Assembly (NCBI GenBank): GCA_023249815.1
Contig: JAHFBX010000002.1
Span: forward strand, 1 to 30,685
Length of the DNA: 30,685 bases
From: Candidatus Eiseniibacteriota bacterium
GTDB taxonomy: Bacteria > Eisenbacteria > RBG-16-71-46
Direction of reading: 5' to 3'
Position numbers and translations under genes: made by a program. Numbering within the stretch: position 1 is the stretch's first letter; each line of letters opens with the position of its first letter. Of this stretch, positions 1-7,984 are shown one piece after another. The notes under the pieces were generated by a model that was given only the letters and a program-made list of their open reading frames with translations, ran no database searches and was not told the DNA's origin.

Positions 1-1
1 T

Positions 2-1210
2 CGGCTGCTTCACACTTGGACGCTCGCAGCAAGTGCCTCCGGCGACCGGGGCTGGCGCGGTTACGACCTCGCGCTCCCGCCCATCTCGGGCCGGAGCGAC
101 GTCACGACCGAGGGCGTACGTGAATTCATCAGTCTGTCCGGGTCAATGCGCGCCTATCCTTGGCGAACGCCCATCGCGCTGACCGCGTCCACGAATCACG
201 CTCTCGACATGCGACAGACATTCGTCGCAACCGACGGCATCGCGATCAACCCACCGCTCGAGGACCGCAGCTCCGAATCGTATGCTCGCGGCGAGCGCGT
301 GTATTCGGGCCAGGTGGGGCTGGGCACGGGCGTGGGTCGAGTGCGAGACGCGACACCCGTGCACCAGGTGCAAGTGCTCGAGGCGCGGCTCACTGGCACA
401 GGAGCGCTCACCCGGCCGCTCTCAGCGGACGCCCGCCAAAAGCTGGCGGCGCTGTTCAGCACGCAATCGGATGTCGGGTTCGCCCACCAGCGCCCCGAGA
501 AGCATTTCTGGCGGGAGCTGGAGCGCGTGCTGCGCGAGGATGGCGCGCTTTCGCCTGGGTCGCTCGATGCCTACGACTTGTTCCGGTTGCTGGAGCCGAT
601 CTCCACCCCCAGCGTAGTCCTGCGCCAGACCGGCTGGTTCGTGGGACCGACGCTGCTCCTCTACACCCGCCGGGGCCGCTCGAGCGAGAAGGATGCGACC
701 TCCCGGAGCGTGCTCGACGGGGGCACGGTGGTATTCACGTCTGGATCCTCGCGCTCCACGACCGTGGATGATCGAATCGACCTGGTGTTCACCGGTCTCG
801 TCGCCGAACTGCACCGGCCTCTCGATCCGCGCTGGCAGGTGGATGCGTGGACCAGCGCGTTCCTGTCCGAAGCGGGCGAGTTCCTCACTGTGAGTTCCAC
901 GGCGAGCGCCGGCTTCATCGTGTCCGATCGCTGGCTGGCCTCGCTGCGGCTCGGCCACTCCGTGTTCGCCCCGGGTCACGGCCTCGAACGGAACGTCCGG
1001 GACTGGGATGTGAGCCTCACGGGGGAACTGAACTACTTCCTCGAGGACGCCTGGTCGTTGCGGCTCGCGGTCTTCGAGGAGCAGCGGCACTCGCCGTTCT
1101 CGTTCACGCGAGACGGCGGCCTCGCGCTTGGCATCAGCTACGTGATCTCCGGCCTGTTCGAAGCGCCCGGCCTCGTGAGCGCGATGCGCCCCACGCCGCC
1201 GACGCCCTAA
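2..1210 (+). CDS. Hypothetical protein, 5'-truncated at the window edge; probable outer-membrane/envelope beta-rich protein
   Basis: Frame +2 is open from base 2 (RLLHTWTLAASASG...) through the listed 146..1210 ORF to TAA. The C-terminal half has many alternating-polarity beta-strand-like segments (WDVSLTGELNYFL, WSLRLAVFEE, LALGISYVIS). No family motif recognised. Confidence 0.55.
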   Translation, partial: RLLHTWTLAASASGDRGWRGYDLALPPISGRSDVTTEGVREFISLSGSMRAYPWRTPIALTASTNHALDMRQTFVATDGIAINPPLEDRSSESYARGERVYSGQVGLGTGVGRVRDATPVHQVQVLEARLTGTGALTRPLSADARQKLAALFSTQSDVGFAHQRPEKHFWRELERVLREDGALSPGSLDAYDLFRLLEPISTPSVVLRQTGWFVGPTLLLYTRRGRSSEKDATSRSVLDGGTVVFTSGSSRSTTVDDRIDLVFTGLVAELHRPLDPRWQVDAWTSAFLSEAGEFLTVSSTASAGFIVSDRWLASLRLGHSVFAPGHGLERNVRDWDVSLTGELNYFLEDAWSLRLAVFEEQRHSPFSFTRDGGLALGISYVISGLFEAPGLVSAMRPTPPTP

Positions 1211-1246
1211 GGCTTCGGAGGTCAGCCGCTCCGCTCAACGACGCGT

Positions 1247-1289
1247 CATGCGGGGTTCCGCGACTCAGTTCGTCGCGAAACCCCGCATG
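1247..1289. terminator. Long inverted repeat between convergent genes, overlapping the aminopeptidase stop; possible terminator or RNA hairpin
   Basis: catgcggggtt (1247-1257) pairs with aaccccgcatg (1279-1289) and cgcgac (1259-1264) with gtcgcg (1272-1277): 17 bp with one mismatch and a 7-nt loop. No clear U-tract. Confidence 0.45.
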
Positions 1290-3889
1290 TAGCGCGCTAC
1301 ACGCTCACCGTCGCGCGTGCGCAGCGAGATGCACGTGTTCACGAAGTCGCTCACGCGCTCGAGTGTCTGCTCGACGCCCGGTGCGGCGCGCTGCGGGTCC
1401 GCAAAGAACGCCTTCGTGGCCGCGAGCCGCTCCGCCGAGCAGCCGCTGCCGAGCATGGGCATGAAGCGCAGCGCCGGCGGCGGGATGCGCGCCGAAACTT
1501 GCGCATAGTGCGCGATCATCCAGTCGAACAGCCGCTGCCCGGCGGCCTCGTCGCGGCTGCCGAATCCGCGCAGCAGCAGGAACATGTCGGTGGGCCGCAC
1601 GGCGTCGGACAGCATGTAATCGAGCGCGCGGGACTCGAGCGCGCGGTCCTCGAAAGCGCCGAGCGCCGACAGGAATCGCCGGCGGATCGCCGGCACCTCG
1701 GCGGTCTCGAAGCGCTTCTGGTAGGTATCGAACAGCGCCGCGTCACCCTTCCGCGCCGCGAGCGAGAGCGCCGCGTCCGCGATTCCGGGGTCCACGCTGC
1801 TGGAGTCGGCGAGATAGCGCATCGCCGCGTCGCGGGCGAACGCCATCACCTTCTCGTCGCGCCCGCGGTTCGCAAGCCAGCGCAACAGTTCACCGCGCGT
1901 GCTCGCGATGACCTCGTCCTCGCCGCTCTTGCGCTCGTAGCCGACACGGTCGAGCGCCGGCGACAGCGTGCGCCGCACGTACACCGCGAACAGGTCGGCG
2001 AGGCTGTCGGGCACGAACGCGGCGCGCACACCGTTCAAGCTCTCCATCGCGCTCGAGATGACCTCCGGCTCGTCGTCGCTCCCAAAGTGCGCGAGCGACG
2101 CCAGGTAGGTGTCACCATGCACCTCGCCCGCCGTCATGAGCAGCGCGAGATTGCCGAGGAACGCGACGCGCTCGTCCGGCGTGAGCGCGGCGTCGGCGTG
2201 CTCGGCGAGCGCCGCCATCCACTCCTCGGGGATACTCCAGGCGTAGTAACCGTGCCCGCCCGCGTTCGGCATCACCCACGCCGGACGTCCGGGCAGCTTG
2301 ACCACGGCGCTCTCGTCGCGCAGCAGCAGGCGCTGCGTGCGGATCACCTTCCCGTCCGACCACTTGAGCGTCACCGGCACCTGCCAGCGCATCGCGTCCT
2401 GCGACACGCCGAACGGCGTGGCGCGCGACTGCGTGACGCGCACGCCGCCCGCGGCAGGCACCACGCGCAGCAGCGGCACGCCGGGCTGGTCCAGGAACGT
2501 GCTCATCGCCTCCGACACGTTGGAGCCGCTCGACTGGTCGAGCGCGCGCCACAGGTCGCTCGCGGTGGCGTTCCCCCACGCGTGGCGCTTGAGGTAGGCG
2601 CGCACGCCCTTCTGGAACGTCTCGGCGCCCAGGTAGTGCTCGAACATGGCCAGCACGGCACTGCCCTTGGCGTAGACGAGCCCGACGTTCTGGAGGCCTG
2701 CGGCGGAGCTGGTCGTGCGGCCGCGGATCGCGGTGGTGGACGGCTGCGTGTCGCCGTTCTTCACGTTCTGGACGCCCTGCAGCTCATGCAACCCCGACTT
2801 CATCTTCGGGAACACCTCGTCGGTGATCTTCTCCGCCATCCAGTCCGCGAACGACTCGTTCAGCCACAGGTCGTCCCACCACGCCATCGTCACCAGGTCG
2901 CCGAACCACATGTGTGCCATCTCGTGGGCCGCGACGCTCGCGCACGACCGGCGCTGGGAGGAGCTGGCGCTCGCATGGTCCAGGAGCAGCAGATCGTCGC
3001 GGAACGTGATGAGGCCGGGGTTCTCCATGGCGCCATAGGCGAACTCGGGCACCGCGACCAGGTCGAGCTTCTCGAACGGATACGGGCTTCCGAACCAGCG
3101 CTCGAGCGCGCCTAGCAGGAGCGGCGTGACCTCCGCTGTGTAGCCCGCGAGGTGCTTCTGACCCAGGCAGGTGACGATGCGCGTCGGCACGCTCGTGCCG
3201 GCCACCGGCGTGTACTCGAACGGCCCGACCGCGATCGCCAGCAGGTAGCTCGGGAGCGGCGGCGTGCGCTTGTACGTTATCGTCTTCCAGCCGTCGTGCT
3301 CGCGGACGCTCTCGACCGGCGTGTTCGTGAGCGCTTCCTGTGCTGCGGGCACCTCGAGCACGAGCTGCCAAGGGAACTTGAACCCGGGTTCGTCCCAGCA
3401 CGGAAACGCTTCGCGAGCGTCGTCCGATTCGAACTGCGTGAACAGGTAGCCTCGCTCCTCACGAACGGCGCGGTAGAGCCCGACGGCTCGCGTGCCAAAG
3501 AGGTGCGTGAACTCGATGTCGAGCGTGGCCGTGCCGGGGCCCAGGCGCCGCGAGGTCGCCAAGGTCTGGAATCCGTGCTCGCCGCTCGCGCGCTTCACCG
3601 CCACGGTGTCGCGCCCCTGGAGCAGTGTCACGCGCGTGAGCCGCTGCCCCTCGGCGTGAAAGCACACGCTGTCCGTGGCGCGCGCGATCTGCAGTTCGAG
3701 GTGCACGCTCCCCGTGTAGCTGCGCTTGTCTGGGTCCAGCTTGAGCCGCACGCTCTGGAACCGCGGCACCAGCTCGCGCGGCAGGCGCGCGTCCGCCGTC
3801 TCCGTGGCCCGGGACGTGGGCGCGACGACCGCGCCGACAAGGAGCAGTGTGAGCACGAGCGGGGCGGCACGGCGGAAGCGGGCGGACAT
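1265..3889 (-). CDS. Secreted M1-family Zn aminopeptidase with ERAP1-like C-terminal domain (about 874 aa)
   Basis: GAMEN motif, AHEMAH followed by WLNESF (HEXXH-18-E), FTQFESDDAREAFPCWDEP. Signal-peptide-like N-terminus MSARFRRAAPLVLTLLLVGAVVA. GGAGG lies about 7 nt before the ATG at 3889. Confidence 0.93.
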   Translation of the reverse strand: MSARFRRAAPLVLTLLLVGAVVAPTSRATETADARLPRELVPRFQSVRLKLDPDKRSYTGSVHLELQIARATDSVCFHAEGQRLTRVTLLQGRDTVAVKRASGEHGFQTLATSRRLGPGTATLDIEFTHLFGTRAVGLYRAVREERGYLFTQFESDDAREAFPCWDEPGFKFPWQLVLEVPAAQEALTNTPVESVREHDGWKTITYKRTPPLPSYLLAIAVGPFEYTPVAGTSVPTRIVTCLGQKHLAGYTAEVTPLLLGALERWFGSPYPFEKLDLVAVPEFAYGAMENPGLITFRDDLLLLDHASASSSQRRSCASVAAHEMAHMWFGDLVTMAWWDDLWLNESFADWMAEKITDEVFPKMKSGLHELQGVQNVKNGDTQPSTTAIRGRTTSSAAGLQNVGLVYAKGSAVLAMFEHYLGAETFQKGVRAYLKRHAWGNATASDLWRALDQSSGSNVSEAMSTFLDQPGVPLLRVVPAAGGVRVTQSRATPFGVSQDAMRWQVPVTLKWSDGKVIRTQRLLLRDESAVVKLPGRPAWVMPNAGGHGYYAWSIPEEWMAALAEHADAALTPDERVAFLGNLALLMTAGEVHGDTYLASLAHFGSDDEPEVISSAMESLNGVRAAFVPDSLADLFAVYVRRTLSPALDRVGYERKSGEDEVIASTRGELLRWLANRGRDEKVMAFARDAAMRYLADSSSVDPGIADAALSLAARKGDAALFDTYQKRFETAEVPAIRRRFLSALGAFEDRALESRALDYMLSDAVRPTDMFLLLRGFGSRDEAAGQRLFDWMIAHYAQVSARIPPPALRFMPMLGSGCSAERLAATKAFFADPQRAAPGVEQTLERVSDFVNTCISLRTRDGERVARYMRGFATN

Positions 3890-4085
3890 GGGGGAGCCTC
3901 CAGGGCGGACGGTCGGAACTTGGAGCCGGGGGACTCTGCGCGGAGGTGCTGGGGCGGCGCAAGTACGCGCGGGCCGGGCGCACGCCTCGAGCTCACGGGC
4001 GCGGCGGGGTTCGCGCGCCTCCGCGCGCGACGGGGAATCGCCTCGGGTTTGAGACCGCGGCCGCTCGCCCGTAGTGTCGCGCGCC

Positions 4086-5774
4086 ATGACGACGACACGG
4101 ACGTCGGCCGATCACCTGGCGCCGCTCGTGCTGGTGATGTTCGCCGGCGCCGCGCTCTGGTACGCGCACGCGCTCGCGTGGGACCTGGGCGGCCGGTCGC
4201 CGATCCTGTCCTACGATAGTGCCCAGTACGCGCTCGCGGCGCGGGAGTTCGCCTGGCACGGCCGGCTCGCGACGCCGTTCGCGCTACCCGTGGACCTCGC
4301 GTCGCACCCTTCGCCGCCGTGGCCGCTCTCCGCGCTCCAACCGGGGCTCGTGCTGGCCGAAGCGTTCATCTTCAAGCTGGTGCCGATGCGCGGCGCGAAC
4401 GTCGGATCCGACCCACGCGCCTGGCTCACGTTGATTCCCGCGTTCGTGAGTTTCCTCATGCTCGCCGCCGGGGCGGTGCTCGGCATGCGCCACCTGCTCA
4501 TCCGTTACGCGCCCGAGGCTCCGCGCTGGGTCCGCTTCGGCGCCCCGCTGACGCTCGGGCTCATGGTGGTGCTGGATCCCGAGGCGCAGCACTTTGCGGT
4601 GAGCGGGCTCACCGAGCTGCCGTTCACGGTGCTGCTCATGGGCGCGCTGTTCGGCCTCGCCCGCGGCGCCGGAGCGGAGGTCCCGCTCGTGTTCGGCCTG
4701 CTGCTGGGCGTGGGCGGACTTTTTCGCGCGAACATGCTGTGGCTCGCCCCGTTGTTCGCGCTCACCGCGGCGTGGGCGGCGCCCGCGGACCGGCGCGCGA
4801 GGGTGGTCGCCCTGGTGCTTGCGGGCTACGCGTTGCCGATGGCGCCGTGGTGGGTCTACAAGTGGCGTGCGTTCGGTTCGCCCGCATGGGATCTCACGCG
4901 CTTCGTGGTGTGGGACCAGGTGGAAGGCCGCAGCTGGTTCCAGCTCTTCCATAGCGCGGAGCTTCCCGAGCTGCCACGAGGTGGCGAGGCCGTGCGCCTG
5001 CTCGCGGACAAGCTGCGCGGGAATCTGGCGCGCCTCGGTCCCTCGCTGCTCGAGGGCCCGCGCGGGCTCTGGTTCGGTGCGCTCGTGGCGTGGCTCTTCA
5101 CCCGACCGCGACGAACACTCGCCGCGGCCGGACTTGTCGCACTCGCCGGACTCGCCATGAACCTCGCCGCGGCATGTCTGAGCATCCCGTGGCTTCGCTA
5201 CGTCTTCCCCACGCGCCTGCTCGCCGAGGCCGCTGGACTGCTCGCGCTGTGGTCGCTCATCGGGCGGCTGCCGGGGGCCTCGGAGCGGGTGCGTCGGTCG
5301 CTCGCCGTGGCCGCGGCGGTGGTGGCGCTCGCGTGGGGCGCGTGGCTGAGCGTGCTCGCTCACGGCGAGGCGCGTGCCACGTCGCTCGAGCGCGGTGTGC
5401 CCTCGAGCCGCACGCTCACGGCGCTCTCCATTGCGCTCAATACCACGCTGAGCCCTGGAGAACCGGTGATGAGCAACCTCGGGCCGGCGCTGGCCTGGCA
5501 GACGAACCACCCGGTGATCCACCTCGCGCACTCTCCCGCCGACGTCTCGGCGTGCCGGCGCCGCCACGATTTCCGGCACATCCTGCTCGTTTTCCGGGGC
5601 GCCGAGCGGGCCTGGCCCTACTGGCAGGAGTCGGTCGAGCGCCCCGGCACCGCGGCGACGATCGAGGCGCTCCACGTCGTGCGCGAGCGGCGCTTCCGAA
5701 CCGGGGACGGTTTCGACGTGGTGTGGCTCGAGTTGGGGCCGCGCTCGGCGTCACTTGCTTCCGCCGTTCGCTGA
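4086..5774 (+). CDS. Polytopic membrane protein, GT-C-fold glycosyltransferase-like (ArnT/PMT family 39-like)
   Basis: About 10-12 hydrophobic segments, first-loop DSAQY motif, LTELPFTVL and GLFRAN segments typical of GT-C proteins, and a soluble C-terminal domain. Start at ATG 4086 (GTG 4074 also possible). Confidence 0.65.
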   Translation: MTTTRTSADHLAPLVLVMFAGAALWYAHALAWDLGGRSPILSYDSAQYALAAREFAWHGRLATPFALPVDLASHPSPPWPLSALQPGLVLAEAFIFKLVPMRGANVGSDPRAWLTLIPAFVSFLMLAAGAVLGMRHLLIRYAPEAPRWVRFGAPLTLGLMVVLDPEAQHFAVSGLTELPFTVLLMGALFGLARGAGAEVPLVFGLLLGVGGLFRANMLWLAPLFALTAAWAAPADRRARVVALVLAGYALPMAPWWVYKWRAFGSPAWDLTRFVVWDQVEGRSWFQLFHSAELPELPRGGEAVRLLADKLRGNLARLGPSLLEGPRGLWFGALVAWLFTRPRRTLAAAGLVALAGLAMNLAAACLSIPWLRYVFPTRLLAEAAGLLALWSLIGRLPGASERVRRSLAVAAAVVALAWGAWLSVLAHGEARATSLERGVPSSRTLTALSIALNTTLSPGEPVMSNLGPALAWQTNHPVIHLAHSPADVSACRRRHDFRHILLVFRGAERAWPYWQESVERPGTAATIEALHVVRERRFRTGDGFDVVWLELGPRSASLASAVR

Positions 5775-5791
5775 AGCCCCCGGCCCGGCTC

Positions 5792-5822
5792 TGTCACACC
5801 GGAACGCCGGCAACGACGAACC
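5792..5822 (+). promoter_or_regulatory. Putative ECF-type promoter, copy 1 (GTCAC-N16-CGACGA)
   Basis: tGTCACacc-ggaacgccggcaa-CGACGAacc, intergenic, about 70 nt upstream of the lipoprotein ATG. Same motif and spacing at 6270 and 28994. Confidence 0.7.
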
Positions 5823-5893
5823 GATCGTGAAGCGGCCCAGCGTCCCTGATTCAGACGGGAACCGGGCCGGAAAGGTCCGAAAGGAGGCCCGCC

Positions 5894-6163
5894 ATGCTGC
5901 GCATGACCCTGCGTTTCGCGATCGCGCTCCTCGCGCTCGTCTCGCTCTCCGGCTGCGCCATCGAACGCCTCACCGGCCCCAACGTGGAGCTCACGGCTTC
6001 GGCGCGGGACCGCGCCGTTCCCTATTGGCGCGACTGCATCCGAACCGAACGCCAGGCGCGGCCACGCGACGACGATCCCAAGCTCCCGCCGACCGGCGGT
6101 GAGCAGGGCGACGGCATCGCGACGGCCTCGGACACGCTGCGCGCCGGCGGCGAGGACCGCTGA
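5894..6163 (+). CDS. Small lipoprotein (89 aa), function unknown
   Basis: Strong SD aaggagg at 5881-5887. Signal peptide MLRMTLRFAIALLALVSLSG-C with lipobox LSGC, followed by a charged low-complexity mature part. Confidence 0.8.
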   Translation: MLRMTLRFAIALLALVSLSGCAIERLTGPNVELTASARDRAVPYWRDCIRTERQARPRDDDPKLPPTGGEQGDGIATASDTLRAGGEDR

Positions 6164-6205
6164 TCCGGCGCCGACCCCCCGCCATCCCAAGGAAGGCCCC
6201 CACTC

Positions 6206-6237
6206 GAGCCGGCCCCGGGGAGACCCGGGACCGGCTC
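6206..6237 (+). terminator. GC-rich hairpin downstream of the lipoprotein gene (terminator-like)
   Basis: gagccgg...ccggctc outer stem enclosing cccggg-GAGA-cccggg, followed by the weak tract attcct. Confidence 0.45.
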
Positions 6238-6269
6238 ATTCCTGCCCCCCGCCGCGGCGGCCACGGTGG

Positions 6270-6299
6270 GTCACACCCCGGGGCCTGGCACGACGAACC
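6270..6299 (+). promoter_or_regulatory. Putative ECF-type promoter, copy 2 (autoregulatory, upstream of the sigma gene)
   Basis: GTCACacc-ccggggcctggca-CGACGAacc. It shares GTCACACC and CGACGAACC with copy 1 at identical 13-nt separation. Confidence 0.7.
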
Positions 6300-6511
6300 C
6301 ACTGAGTCCCGCGGGTGATTTCGCTGGAGAAGGCTCTCTCAACCGGCCCACCCCGCACCTCGTTCCACACCATCGAAAAGGGGTATATCCGTGGCGACTG
6401 AGCGCGACCGGGAAAGGCACGTCGGCCCCACCTCGTCTCTGGCGACCGGCCCATCGCATGCCCCGGCATCGCGGCGAGTCGTCGGGATTGCTAGTCTCCG
6501 GGACCAACGGC

Positions 6512-7978
6512 ATGTGTCCGGCGCCGATTGGGCGCCGCCGCCGCACGTCCTGGAGGTCCGCCCTGGCTCCGCCCGACGCTGCCCCCTCCCCGTCCACCCC
6601 CGATTGGCAGTCGCTGCGTTCGTACGTGCTGCGGCGAGTTCGCGGCCGGCTTCGATTCGCGCCCGCCGAAACGGTCGAGGACCTGGCGCAGGAGGTGATG
6701 GTCACGTTGTTCCGCCTGTCCCAGCGCGAGACGCTCGCGAACCCCGAAGCGCTCGCCACGACGCTCGTGCATCGCGTGACCGTGGATCACGTGCGACGCA
6801 TGCGGGGACCCGCCGGCCGTCTGGATCCTCTCCCCGATCCAGACACATCGCTCGACTGGCCGGCGGCCGATCCGACGCACGAGGTGCCGGCGGACGCGCT
6901 CGAACTCTTCCGCTTCGTGGTGCTGGAGTACTTCGAGGGACACGACGTGCCCTGCTACGAGCTGGCGAACGAATTCTTCTCGGAACAGAGCTGGTCCGCG
7001 GTGGCCGAACGCCTTGGGCTCCGACACAACACCGTCATCAAGCGGTGGTCGCGCTGCATGGAGCAGGTGCGCGAGTGGGCACGGACCGAGCAGGGCGCGC
7101 TGTGGGATTGGGCCCGCGCCCGGCTCCGGGGCTTCAGCATCGGCATCCTGTCCGAGGACGAGACTCTCGCGCTCGAGGAGCATCTGCGCGATTGCGTCCA
7201 GTGCCGTGCGAGCCTCGCCTCGCTCCGGCCCGTGGCGGCCGCGGACGTCGGCCACCTTCCAGCGTCGCTGGTGGCGACGTGGCCGCGCGCGGCGCACGCG
7301 CTGGCGGGGATCGAGCGCGAGATGGTGGCCGCGCATCTCGACCGCTGTGCCGCATGCCGCGCGAGCCTCGAGTTCGCAGGGCATGCGCCCGAGTTGCCCG
7401 ACGAGCCGGCAGCCCGTGTCGTGCGCACGGTGCGTGCGAGCCGCGTTCGCACCGTCTGGGTGTGGGCGCTCGGTCTCTCGGGCGCTGCGGCCGGTGTCGT
7501 GGCGTGGATGCTCGCCACGCAGCCGGGCCCGTCGCCGGGCGGCTCGCGCGACGCCGGCACGTCGGCCACCATGGGTGGCGCGAGGCCACGGAGCGAACCG
7601 GCCGTGACGTTTGAACTGGCGCTGGATTCTCTCGCCACCGGCGCGGTCATGCTTCCCGAGCCCGGCTTCCGCGGGAGCCCGGTGAGGGTGCTCGACCTCG
7701 GTGCGGTGACGTCGGTCTCGGGCGTGGTGTTCGTGGTGCCGCCCGCGCTCCGGCCACCGAGCCCCGAGGACGGCACGCGCGCGCTCACGCTCACGCTGCT
7801 TCGGGACGGTCGCGAGCTGGCAACGCGCCAGATCCGGTTCTACGCGCTCGGTGACGCGTTCCGCATGCGTCCCGTGGGACGACTCGAAGCCGGCGAATAC
7901 GACCTGCGCTTCGCGCTGGCCCCCGCGGTCTCGAGCGAGCGGCCGCTCCTCTGGTTCTACCGGTTGCGCGTGCGCTGA
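6512..7978 (+). CDS. ECF sigma-70 factor fused to two ZAS (HxxxCxxC) anti-sigma motifs, one TM helix and a C-terminal extracytoplasmic domain; start uncertain (ATG 6458, ATG 6512 or CTG 6563)
   Basis: Region 2-like VEDLAQEV...DHVRR and region 4-like SWSAVAERLGLRHNTVIKRWSRC. Then HLRDCVQC (7181-7204), HLDRCAAC (7334-7357) and hydrophobic VWVWALGLSGAAAGVVAWMLA (about 7454-7516), all in one frame. A perfect GGAGG sits 6 nt before the CTG at 6563. Confidence 0.8.
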   Translation: MCPAPIGRRRRTSWRSALAPPDAAPSPSTPDWQSLRSYVLRRVRGRLRFAPAETVEDLAQEVMVTLFRLSQRETLANPEALATTLVHRVTVDHVRRMRGPAGRLDPLPDPDTSLDWPAADPTHEVPADALELFRFVVLEYFEGHDVPCYELANEFFSEQSWSAVAERLGLRHNTVIKRWSRCMEQVREWARTEQGALWDWARARLRGFSIGILSEDETLALEEHLRDCVQCRASLASLRPVAAADVGHLPASLVATWPRAAHALAGIEREMVAAHLDRCAACRASLEFAGHAPELPDEPAARVVRTVRASRVRTVWVWALGLSGAAAGVVAWMLATQPGPSPGGSRDAGTSATMGGARPRSEPAVTFELALDSLATGAVMLPEPGFRGSPVRVLDLGAVTSVSGVVFVVPPALRPPSPEDGTRALTLTLLRDGRELATRQIRFYALGDAFRMRPVGRLEAGEYDLRFALAPAVSSERPLLWFYRLRVR

Positions 7979-7984
7979 CGCACG

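Noticed and set aside
3916-3945. GGAACTT resembling a sigmaE -35 box
   Set aside because: The candidate -10 (TCTG) is only 13 nt away and the site is about 170 nt from the next + strand start.
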